Shown here piece by piece: positions 47,466 through 56,072 of a stretch of DNA of 64,000 bases (position 1 is the stretch's first letter; each line of letters starts with the position of its first letter). The stretch lies in IMG/VR virus record IMGVR_UViG_3300017917_003379, one strand, 5' to 3'. Origin of the DNA: a virus. The position numbers and the translations under genes are program-made. Below the pieces are notes generated by a model. The model searched no databases. It was not told the origin of the DNA and worked only from the letters and a program-made list of their open reading frames with translations.

Positions 47466-47957
47466 ATGAATATATTCTATATCCACCCAGACCCAAAAAT
47501 AGCAGCTCAGCAACTGGCAGATGACCATATTCGTAAAATGCAGATTGAATCTGCACAAATGTGTTGTACTGCTCATTGGTCTGTAGGTAACGAAGCTCCA
47601 TATAAGCGAGCTCATTTTAATCATCCTTCAACAAAATGGACACGAGAATCTATTCAACATTATCGTTGGTTAGTTCAACATGGGTTAGAAATTTGCAATG
47701 AATTTATTAAACGTTATGGTAAACGTCATAAAACACAAGATGTATTAGAATGGTGTCGTGATAATGAACCTAATATTCCTGATAATGGGTTTACTCCTCC
47801 ACCACAATGTATGCCGGATGAATATAAAAAAGAAAATACTATAGAAGCATATCGTAAATTTTATATTAAAGATAAAATAAAAATTAAAGGATTAAAATGG
47901 GAAAAATTAAAAAACATACCAGAATGGGCTTTTATTGATATTTATTACCACAAGTAA
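47466..47957 (+). CDS. Pyrimidine-dimer DNA glycosylase-like protein (DenV superfamily)
   Basis: MNIFYIHPDP..AAQ..D.HIRKMQIESAQM...HPSTKW...PQCMPDEYK. Confidence 0.7.
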   Translation: MNIFYIHPDPKIAAQQLADDHIRKMQIESAQMCCTAHWSVGNEAPYKRAHFNHPSTKWTRESIQHYRWLVQHGLEICNEFIKRYGKRHKTQDVLEWCRDNEPNIPDNGFTPPPQCMPDEYKKENTIEAYRKFYIKDKIKIKGLKWEKLKNIPEWAFIDIYYHK

Positions 47958-47969
47958 AAATAAAACATA

Positions 47970-48281
47970 ATGAAAAAACATATTAACGAAATTTATAGAA
48001 TGCAGCAATTAGCTGGTATTAATGAAATACGAGTAGCAACTCCTGGAAAGAGTCACTATTTGAATTTTTCTCAAAATGATGTAATTAATATTTTAACTAA
48101 TAACGAAATAGATATAGATGATGAAGAAGGAATAGATACAGATTCAGAAGAATGGATGGATGTGTTAAGTGATATAATTGGAAAAAATGCATATGATCAA
48201 GATAATTGGACTGAAGAGGATCATATGAAAGTTGGAAAATTTATAAAGGTTGTGGAAGAAATGGGCATTGAATTTATATAA
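47970..48281 (+). CDS. Tagged (family C) acidic protein; paralogue of early gene 11018
   Basis: MKKHINEIYRMQQLAGINE leader; 98-bp near-identical block. Confidence 0.8.
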   Translation: MKKHINEIYRMQQLAGINEIRVATPGKSHYLNFSQNDVINILTNNEIDIDDEEGIDTDSEEWMDVLSDIIGKNAYDQDNWTEEDHMKVGKFIKVVEEMGIEFI

Positions 48282-48318
48282 AGGTTATGGAAAAAATGAA
48301 TATTAAAATATAATAAAA

Positions 48319-48630
48319 ATGAAACAATATATTAACAAACATAGAATGCAGCAGCTAGCTGGTATTAATGAAATCAAAGTATCTCAACCTGTTAGAATGT
48401 GGGATTGGAATATTGAAGAATTTGGTTATTATGATCCATTAAATAAAACATTTACAGTAGAATCAGGAGATGCATTTGCTGATTATATGGATACAGAATT
48501 TCCTGATTGGCTTAATAATGAATATGTTGCTAAAAAAGGAATAGAAAAATACACTAAAGATATTAAAAACGCGGTAAAAAAAGAATACGGTTCTGATGTA
48601 ACAATTATAGGAGATAATTTTTCATATTAA
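48319..48630 (+). CDS. Tagged (family C) acidic protein
   Basis: MKQYINKHRMQQLAGINE leader. Confidence 0.7.
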   Translation: MKQYINKHRMQQLAGINEIKVSQPVRMWDWNIEEFGYYDPLNKTFTVESGDAFADYMDTEFPDWLNNEYVAKKGIEKYTKDIKNAVKKEYGSDVTIIGDNFSY

Positions 48631-48693
48631 TTAATTATTCAATATATAGACAGATTCATAGCCTGTCGCTTTAACAAAATATAACTGCAGCTG

Positions 48694-48727
48694 TGGCGCA
48701 CCAATAAGGTGCGCCATCTGTTTGTTT
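48694..48727 (+). terminator. GC-rich hairpin / terminator
   Basis: tggcgcacc-aataa-ggtgcgcca then tctgtttgttt. Confidence 0.55.
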
Positions 48728-48767
48728 AGTCAAAATAAAAATATTAAATTTAAATATAAATAATAAT

Positions 48768-49292
48768 ATGGAACAAAAGAAAATTGTAATTATTGGAGCA
48801 GGAGTAGCAGGTATCAACGCTGCTACTAAACTAGTTGATAACGGTTATCCGGGTGAATTAATCACAATTATAGATAAAGGTAATGACCCACATAACCGCT
48901 TACCTGAAGAAGTAATGACAGGTATGTTAGGTGCCGGTGGTTGGAGTGATGGTAAATTAACTTATCACACTGCTATTGGTGGTCAGTTATCTAAATATTG
49001 TGGTGAAGAAAAAGCAATGGAATTAATGGATCAAGTTATTTCTAATTTTAGACGTTTTCATCCTAAACCAGAAGAAATATTCTGTTCTGATCCTCAGGAA
49101 GAACCTGAATTTATTAAACCATATTTTGGTTTGAGAATGTTCCCTGTATGGCATATTGGAAGTAATTATCTTCATCTCATTGCTTGTAAATGGTACGAAT
49201 ATTTATTATCGAAGGGAGTGAATTTCATGTGGAATACTGAAGTCACAGATATAAACTTTGATACTAATGAAATCGAATTTAAAACAAACTAG
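48768..49292 (+). CDS. FAD-dependent oxidoreductase, N-terminal half (split gene)
   Basis: IVIIGAGVAG Rossmann motif; GMLGAGGWSDGKL; HIG. Confidence 0.85.
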   Translation: MEQKKIVIIGAGVAGINAATKLVDNGYPGELITIIDKGNDPHNRLPEEVMTGMLGAGGWSDGKLTYHTAIGGQLSKYCGEEKAMELMDQVISNFRRFHPKPEEIFCSDPQEEPEFIKPYFGLRMFPVWHIGSNYLHLIACKWYEYLLSKGVNFMWNTEVTDINFDTNEIEFKTN

Positions 49293-49923
49293 AATCTATA
49301 TTTACTTCTTAGAAAAGAATAATAATGTCTTTTATGTTGGTAAAACAAAAAATCCTAAACGTAGAGAATATGATTGGAAAAGAGAATTTGGAGAAGACAT
49401 TAATTTTAATTTAGTAGATGAAATAGAAGATAATAAAATAATATGGAAATTTTGGGAAAATTATTGGATTCAACAATTTAAACAGTGGGGTTTTAATTTA
49501 ATTAACCAAAACGAAGGTGGTGGTGGTTTAGATAAACATTCTGATGAAACTATTGAAAAAATTAGATCTAAAAAAATAGGTGTAAAACAAAATAGAACTA
49601 AAATTAGAAAAGATAAAGGATTAAAACATAATAAACAACAAGGTATTAAGATTGGTCGTCCTGAAGGATTTAGATACAGTGAAGAACTTAAATTACATTT
49701 AAGTAATAAAATGAAAGGACGTTCAAAACATACTGAAGAAGGAAAATATAAATTTGTAGATAATAAGGTTTATTCTTTTATTAATATAGATACTAATGAA
49801 GAATTTAATGGTATTAGATATGATTTTCAAAAGAAATATAATTTAAAATATAAAGGAATATATAATTTAATAACAAGTAAAGCAAAAACATATAAAAGAT
49901 GGAAAATAAAAGAATTAAATTAA
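49267..49923 (+). mobile_element. Free-standing GIY-YIG homing endonuclease
   Basis: IYIYFL....FYVGKT...R...E..WI...LINQNEGG; HSDETIEKIR NUMOD3-like motif. Confidence 0.8.
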
Positions 49924-50315
49924 TAGATTTATTAGAAGAAACAATAAATTGGGATAGAGCATCTGAATTTTATGATACTGGCAATTATGTGACTATAAAT
50001 AAAGGTTATGGTATTATAGAGTTTGGTCTAGAAACACTATCAGATGGAGAAGAAGCATTATTCATTAATGATATTTCTATTAAACCGGAATTTCAAGGAA
50101 AAGGATATGGTTCTAAAATTATTCAAAGTGCTATAGAATATGCTAAAGAGCAAGGAATACCAGTAGCATTAAGAGCATCCGTAGGAGGGCATTATAATAC
50201 AAATAGTAATATGTCACAAGAAGATTTGATTAAATTTTATAAAAAATTTGGATTTGAAAATAGACCAGATCTATCAAATTTTGGGCACGATGATATTTTT
50301 ATGGTTAAATTTTAA
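49899..50315 (+). CDS. GNAT acetyltransferase with family-A-like leader
   Basis: ISIKPEFQGKGYGSKII...FYKKFGFE; IKLIDLLEE near the N terminus. Confidence 0.85.
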   Translation: MENKRIKLIDLLEETINWDRASEFYDTGNYVTINKGYGIIEFGLETLSDGEEALFINDISIKPEFQGKGYGSKIIQSAIEYAKEQGIPVALRASVGGHYNTNSNMSQEDLIKFYKKFGFENRPDLSNFGHDDIFMVKF

Positions 50316-50326
50316 AAATAAATAAT

Positions 50327-51106
50327 ATGAAAAAAATAAAATACGACTCTCTTATATTTGCTGTAGGCAAATCAGGTATTGATTTTGCACAACAACTATC
50401 AAATGATTATAAACTACCAACTGAACCTAAATCAGTTCAAATAGGTGTTCGTTTTGAAGCACCACAAAAATACTTCCAGAAATTGATTGATGTATCTTAT
50501 GACTTTAAACTCTATCAAAAATTTGATAATGTATCTCTACGTTCATTCTGTACTAACAATAATGCAGCTTATGTGGCTGTTGAAGAGACTTATGGGGATA
50601 TAAGTTATAACGGTCATGCTAAGAAAGGTGAAGAATTTCGTAATGATATGACTAATTTTGGTATCTTGATGGAAATTAAAGGTATTGAGAATCCATTTGA
50701 GTGGTCACGTAATGTAGTTAAAAAACTACAGGTTGATGATTATGGAGGAATATATTATAGCCCTGATAAAGATCGTATGCCTTCTCTTACATCTGAAGGA
50801 GCACCTATCAAAACATTTAAAGTAGATAATTTAGGATTATTTAAATACGCAATGGGAGAATATGCCCAATATATAATTGATTTTATCGAACAAATGAATA
50901 AAATATTTCATTTTGGTAATGAATATGGTTTTTATGCTCCTGAAGTAAAATATCTTAGCCCTGAGCCTCTAGTAGATTATTCGAATCTTGCATTGGTTAA
51001 TTTTCCTAATATTCACTTTGTAGGTGATGCTTTAAGTGCTCGTGGTATTACAGTAAGTGGAGCGCAAGGGATATATGTAGCTGAAAGTATATTAAAAAAA
51101 GTATAA
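50327..51106 (+). CDS. FAD-dependent oxidoreductase, C-terminal half (split gene)
   Basis: YDSLIFAVGKSG, IGVRFE, RSFCTN, YNGHA, TNFGIL, PEVKY, HFVGD...RGITVSGAQG. Confidence 0.85.
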   Translation: MKKIKYDSLIFAVGKSGIDFAQQLSNDYKLPTEPKSVQIGVRFEAPQKYFQKLIDVSYDFKLYQKFDNVSLRSFCTNNNAAYVAVEETYGDISYNGHAKKGEEFRNDMTNFGILMEIKGIENPFEWSRNVVKKLQVDDYGGIYYSPDKDRMPSLTSEGAPIKTFKVDNLGLFKYAMGEYAQYIIDFIEQMNKIFHFGNEYGFYAPEVKYLSPEPLVDYSNLALVNFPNIHFVGDALSARGITVSGAQGIYVAESILKKV

Positions 51107-51148
51107 ATATTTAATTTTTGGTAATATTTATTAACACAATGATGGTAA

Positions 51149-51640
51149 ATGAAAAAATCAGAACTAAGACAAATAATCAAGGAAGAAATTACCAAAGTAT
51201 TAAATGAATTTGAAGATTTATCTATTAAAAATAATTATCTAGACAAAAATTTTTATGACCCTATAACAAAAGAATACTCAGAAGATGTAGTAGTGGATAG
51301 TAATAAAATATTTAAAGATTTATTAAAAACCAAAGTATATTATAAATCAAAATTACCATTATATCAAAACAATAAACCATTAACTGACTCTCAAATAGAC
51401 TCACTAATTGATACATTTGCTGCTAATGAAAGAGATATCATGATTTCTGACATACCTGATATAGATAAAGTAAAATGGATAAATAAATGGAAAAGGGTAG
51501 ATCTAGATGATTTAACTGATAATTTTATAAGTTTTGTAGAGGGTATATCTGAAAATTGGGAAGAATGGGAATTCCATGATGTTAATCAAACACGATATTC
51601 TGATAATTATCCATCAGAAAATAAATGGAACCAACTTTAA
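51149..51640 (+). CDS. Tagged (family B) acidic protein
   Basis: MKKSELRQIIKEEITKVLNE leader. Confidence 0.7.
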   Translation: MKKSELRQIIKEEITKVLNEFEDLSIKNNYLDKNFYDPITKEYSEDVVVDSNKIFKDLLKTKVYYKSKLPLYQNNKPLTDSQIDSLIDTFAANERDIMISDIPDIDKVKWINKWKRVDLDDLTDNFISFVEGISENWEEWEFHDVNQTRYSDNYPSENKWNQL

Positions 51641-51663
51641 TTAAAAATGAATACTCAAATAAA

Positions 51664-52620
51664 ATGAAAAAATCAGAACTAAGACAAATAATTAGAGAAG
51701 AATTACAAAAACTAGCTGAAACACCTCAATATGAAAAACAACCTGTAGATGAAGGTTGGAAAGAAAATGCTATGGCTTTAGCATTAACTGCTGCTAGTAT
51801 GATAGGAGGGGGTAAAAAAGCAAAAGGACAAGATATCCTACAAAAATCTCCCGTTGCTGCTGCTACTGTTAAACAAACACAAGATACATTATCTGTTAAT
51901 TTTAATGATAATTTTAAAAGCGGTAGATATACTCTTAGTGCTGAATCATCAAAAGATATAGTAGAAAAATTAAGAGCTATAGGCAACTTTATTAGAAATA
52001 ACCCAAATAATAATATTAAAATAAGTATCATTTCAAGTGAATCTAAAGTTCCTAATTATGATAAAGAACCTTCATCTTCTACTTATAATTCTCGCTTAAA
52101 CACAGGTGAATTAGCTAGTAAAAGATCAGCTTCAATGAAATATACCATTCAAACTTTACTCAAAGATTTGGAAAAAAATGGTGTAGATACTAGTAAAGTA
52201 ACTTTTGAACCTGCTCAAAATTTAGTTGGAGGACCAGAATGGAAACAAGGAATGTCACCTTCTGATTCTCAATTTGTCAAACATCAGTTTGTTAAAGTTG
52301 TTATATCTTTATCTGATGAAAACAAAGTTGACTATTCTGCTTTTGCTAAAGAAGGAGAAAGTTATTTTGACGCTAACGACCATTTAACTGCTATAGTATT
52401 TTACAGAACAAGAGAAGCATATGATAGATCTCAATCTGGCCTAGTAGATACAGGCCGTGAAGATGTTTTAGTAAGATTTGTAGATAAAAATGGAAAATTT
52501 ATAGGAGAAGATTATTTATTGGATAATAGCTGGTGGAATACTAATAAAAATATTAGCAGTGAAATGACTTCTGAATTTAAAGAAAAAATTATTAAGAACG
52601 GAAAACGAGTTAAACCATAA
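51664..52620 (+). CDS. Tagged (family B) protein with internal signal-like segment and OmpA-C-like domain
   Basis: MKKSELRQIIREE...VDE|GWKENAMALALTAASMIGG; FKSGRYTL...IRNNP...LASKRSASM...QFVKVVI. Confidence 0.55.
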   Translation: MKKSELRQIIREELQKLAETPQYEKQPVDEGWKENAMALALTAASMIGGGKKAKGQDILQKSPVAAATVKQTQDTLSVNFNDNFKSGRYTLSAESSKDIVEKLRAIGNFIRNNPNNNIKISIISSESKVPNYDKEPSSSTYNSRLNTGELASKRSASMKYTIQTLLKDLEKNGVDTSKVTFEPAQNLVGGPEWKQGMSPSDSQFVKHQFVKVVISLSDENKVDYSAFAKEGESYFDANDHLTAIVFYRTREAYDRSQSGLVDTGREDVLVRFVDKNGKFIGEDYLLDNSWWNTNKNISSEMTSEFKEKIIKNGKRVKP

Positions 52621-52668
52621 TTTTGGGCAAAATTTTTATTATAAATTTATAATAATAAAAAAAAACAT

Positions 52669-52839
52669 ATGACAAAATTATTAATTATTTTATCTGTTCT
52701 TAGTTTAACATCATGTGGAATTATTAAACATAATTCTAATAAATGTAATATTACTAAACATAATCACTATAAAGATCCAGTAGATGCTGCTGTTTATAGT
52801 ACAATGAAGAAACTAAAGCAAGATAAAATTATTAATTAA
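52669..52839 (+). CDS. Small lipoprotein (56 aa, not in ORF track)
   Basis: MTKLLIILSVLSLTS|CGIIK...; lipobox LTSC; early-type promoter just upstream. Confidence 0.65.
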   Translation: MTKLLIILSVLSLTSCGIIKHNSNKCNITKHNHYKDPVDAAVYSTMKKLKQDKIIN

Positions 52840-52892
52840 TTTTTGAAAATTTGGATTAACAAAACTTTTTTAATAATTTTAATTTAAAACAC

Positions 52893-53138
52893 ATGGAAAA
52901 ATCGCCCGAAACAAAACGTATAAAAACATCAGATGGTTCTATAGTTTATTATTGTTTAGGTAAAATGCATAATTGGGATGGCCCAGCATATATTCCTCAA
53001 GGTAATAAACGTCAAGCTGAATATTATTTGTTTGGTTTTAAACTTACAAAAGATCAATGGTTAGATCGTAAAAAAGACACCAATGGTGTACCTTGGTATA
53101 AAACATCTGCTGGAAAAGCTGCGGGAGCTAGAGTTTAA
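52893..53138 (+). CDS. Small protein with a single HxxDGPA unit
   Basis: MHNWDGPAYIP....EYYLFG. Confidence 0.65.
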   Translation: MEKSPETKRIKTSDGSIVYYCLGKMHNWDGPAYIPQGNKRQAEYYLFGFKLTKDQWLDRKKDTNGVPWYKTSAGKAAGARV

Positions 53139-53158
53139 TTATAAAAAAATATAAAATT

Positions 53159-53181
53159 AGGATCGTTAAGATCCTTTTTTT
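53159..53181 (+). terminator. Intrinsic terminator
   Basis: aggatc-gttaa-gatcct plus T tract. Confidence 0.65.
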
Positions 53182-53192
53182 AATTTTATATT

Positions 53193-53441
53193 ATGAGAGG
53201 AAGACCAAAAGAACCATCATTAGAAGAAAAACCACGCAAATTTAGTTATATTTATGAAGATGAAGATACTACTGAAACTTGGATTTATGATATAGATAAA
53301 TTTGATAAAGGTCCAATAGAAGTTAATATTAAGTATAAGGCTGGTGCTGAAAAACGTATAAAAGAACGTATAAAAGAAAATAAACAAATTAAAAAAACAG
53401 CACGCCAAATGAAAAAAATAAATAAACGTAATAAAAAATGA
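53193..53441 (+). CDS. Basic small protein with N-terminal RGRPK
   Basis: ORF track. Confidence 0.6.
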   Translation: MRGRPKEPSLEEKPRKFSYIYEDEDTTETWIYDIDKFDKGPIEVNIKYKAGAEKRIKERIKENKQIKKTARQMKKINKRNKK

Positions 53442-53959
53442 AAATAGGATTATGTGGAACTGTTAGTGTAGGTAAAACTACATTAGTAAATGCTCTTAAA
53501 CAATTAGATCAATTTAAAGATTATGAAACTGCTACTGAACGTAGTAAATATCTTCGCGATCAGGGTATTACATTAAATACTGATTCTACATTAAAAGGTC
53601 AATTAGTATTTGCTGCTGAACGTAGTATTGAATTATTAAAACCTAATATTATTACTGACAGAACAATATATGACGTATGCGCTTTTACACTCTCAGCAAA
53701 TTCAATTGATTGGACTGAAAAACGTTATTTTGTAGAATTACTTATGTCTCTTCGTAATGAATATGACATTATAATCTATGTTTCACCAGAAGGAGTAAAC
53801 ATAGAAGATAATGGTGTACGTACAACTAACGCAGAATATCGTGATAAAATTGATTATATTATTAAAGAAATGTTAAATGAATATCCACCTAAAAAACTAA
53901 TTAAAATATCAGGTAATACAGAAAAACGCATTACTGATATTATTTCTAATATAAATTAA
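53438..53959 (+). CDS. P-loop kinase/ATPase (AAA_28/NadR-like)
   Basis: GTVSVGKTT; ITDRTIYD; IEDNGVR. Confidence 0.8.
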   Translation: MKIGLCGTVSVGKTTLVNALKQLDQFKDYETATERSKYLRDQGITLNTDSTLKGQLVFAAERSIELLKPNIITDRTIYDVCAFTLSANSIDWTEKRYFVELLMSLRNEYDIIIYVSPEGVNIEDNGVRTTNAEYRDKIDYIIKEMLNEYPPKKLIKISGNTEKRITDIISNIN

Positions 53960-53993
53960 TATTTATTATTATAAATAAAAAAAAAATAAAAAA

Positions 53994-54344
53994 ATGAAAC
54001 AACCAATTAATGAAATTAAAAGAATGCAGCAACTAGCGGGCATTAATGAAATTAAAATACCTACACCTGGAGGTAAAGATGGAGTATTATATAGGAAATT
54101 AAAAAATGCAGGTTTATTTGATAAATATTTTGATATTTATGAAATTTACGATTATGGAACAGCTTTACAAGAAATAGAAGCGTATGAAATACAAAATAAT
54201 TTAGCTTATGAAATAGCAAAAGAAAAAGGATTTAAAGGTAGTTTTGGTGATCTTGTCAATAATGAAGAATTAAATTCAGAGTTGAATCGTTTAGCTGATA
54301 GTTTTGTAAAACAATTTGCTAAAGAAAAATTTAATATAACTTAA
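53994..54344 (+). CDS. Tagged (family C) protein
   Basis: MKQPINEIKRMQQLAGINE leader. Confidence 0.7.
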   Translation: MKQPINEIKRMQQLAGINEIKIPTPGGKDGVLYRKLKNAGLFDKYFDIYEIYDYGTALQEIEAYEIQNNLAYEIAKEKGFKGSFGDLVNNEELNSELNRLADSFVKQFAKEKFNIT

Positions 54345-54385
54345 TATCTATAATTTACTATTTTAAAACAAATTATTTTATAACT

Positions 54386-54422
54386 ATGGTGTACTAAGAT
54401 AAAGTACACCATTTGTTTGTTT
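54386..54422 (+). terminator. Intrinsic terminator
   Basis: atggtgtact-aagataa-agtacaccat plus ttgtttgttt. Confidence 0.65.
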
Positions 54423-54451
54423 GGGCATAATCAAATTTATAAATTTAGCTT

Positions 54452-54805
54452 ATGATAAAAATAGGAAAATATAATTTAGGGCGTGATGAATTTATTATTT
54501 CTTTACCTTTCGAAGATAACTATAATGTATTATCTACAAGAACTAAAAGAAATATAAATTCATTTATAAACTTTACTGGATTTGAAGCTAAAACAATATA
54601 TATAGGATATCGAAATTTTATTTCAAGAAAATCATATTATATTGAGGGACATATAGATGGAAATCATATAATATATGCTAGAAAAGAAAGTAATAGTCCA
54701 TGTGCAGGACAAACATATGTATATTCTGAAAATGGATATAAACAATTCAATAAATTGATGACCAGTTCATCAAAAGATCAATTATTATTTGAAATAAAAC
54801 TATAA
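54452..54805 (+). CDS. Hypothetical protein
   Basis: ORF behind early-type promoter. Confidence 0.6.
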   Translation: MIKIGKYNLGRDEFIISLPFEDNYNVLSTRTKRNINSFINFTGFEAKTIYIGYRNFISRKSYYIEGHIDGNHIIYARKESNSPCAGQTYVYSENGYKQFNKLMTSSSKDQLLFEIKL

Positions 54806-54811
54806 TAAGTT

Positions 54812-56020
54812 ATGAATGATGTATTAAATGATGTTAGCAAAATTGCTAAACAATTAATGTTAAAAGAACCATTTTATGGAATGTTTTTATCTACACTTAA
54901 TAAGCGCGTTGGAAATGATACACCAACAGCAGGTGTATCTAAACTTAATATTAATTATCAACTAATAATTAATGAAGAATTTTGGAATAGTTTAGATACT
55001 GATTTCAAAAAAATTGGATTATTAAAACATGAATTACTTCATATTTGTTTTCATCATTTAGTAGATAGAGATAATTATCCTGATCATGAATTACATAATA
55101 TAGCAGCTGATATAGAAATTAATCAATATATTGATCCTGCATATTATCCATCAAATAAATTATTATTACCTTCTTCATTCCCTGAACTTAATTTACCATT
55201 AAAAGCAGGTACTAAAGAATATTATAAACTATTACAACAAGCTAAACAAAATGGTACATCTCCGTCTTTAAATGCTATGTTAAATAGTAATCCAAGTTTT
55301 GGAGGAACACATGGGTCTATAGCTGATAATTTACATCCAACTTGGAAAGAATTTGATTCATTGAGTGAAGCTGATAAGCGTTTAGTTAAAGCTCAAATTG
55401 ATCATCAAATTAAAGAATTAGTTGAAGCACAAAGTAAAAATAAAGGTTTAATCCCAGCTGAGTTAGAAAGTTATATTAATAGTCTATTTGAAGAAAGACC
55501 ACCATCATATGATTGGAAAGGATATTTTAGACGTTTCTTTGGATCATCATCTAAAATATACACCAAAAAAACACGTAGAAAATTAAATAAGCGATTCAAA
55601 GAAAATCCAGCACTTAAAATTAAACCAAAGAAAAAAGTATTATTAGGAATAGATACATCTGGTTCAGTTAGTGATAAAGATTTAATGGAATTTTTTAATG
55701 AAATAAATCATATGTATAAAACTGGCATATCAATCACTATAGCAGAAGGAGATGCAACTATATATAAAGTATATGAATATAATGGAAAAGTATCTGAAAC
55801 GGTTACTGGTAGAGGTGGTACTGATATGAATATATTTATTGATTATTTTAATGAAAATAAACAATATAATAGTTTAATTATATTAACTGATGGTGAAATA
55901 GGAGAAAAAACATCAACAACATTTAAACCAACATTATTAGTTTTATGTTCTACAGGAGCCGATATAGAAACTGTAGTAGAAAATGGATGGGGTAATGTAA
56001 TAAAGATACAAAATAATTAA
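54812..56020 (+). CDS. Metallopeptidase-like + vWA protein (DUF2201 type)
   Basis: LKHELLH...NIAADIEIN; IDTSGSV MIDAS; GRGGTD; LTDG. Confidence 0.85.
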   Translation: MNDVLNDVSKIAKQLMLKEPFYGMFLSTLNKRVGNDTPTAGVSKLNINYQLIINEEFWNSLDTDFKKIGLLKHELLHICFHHLVDRDNYPDHELHNIAADIEINQYIDPAYYPSNKLLLPSSFPELNLPLKAGTKEYYKLLQQAKQNGTSPSLNAMLNSNPSFGGTHGSIADNLHPTWKEFDSLSEADKRLVKAQIDHQIKELVEAQSKNKGLIPAELESYINSLFEERPPSYDWKGYFRRFFGSSSKIYTKKTRRKLNKRFKENPALKIKPKKKVLLGIDTSGSVSDKDLMEFFNEINHMYKTGISITIAEGDATIYKVYEYNGKVSETVTGRGGTDMNIFIDYFNENKQYNSLIILTDGEIGEKTSTTFKPTLLVLCSTGADIETVVENGWGNVIKIQNN

Positions 56021-56072
56021 AATAGGCAAAGTTATCTTGTTAAATTTATCTAAACAAAAATAAATAGGTTAT

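Noticed and set aside
49267-50326. Group I intron or intein in the oxidoreductase
   Set aside because: Insert is fully occupied by two ORFs, has in-frame stops, no space for a ribozyme core and no intein C...HN termini
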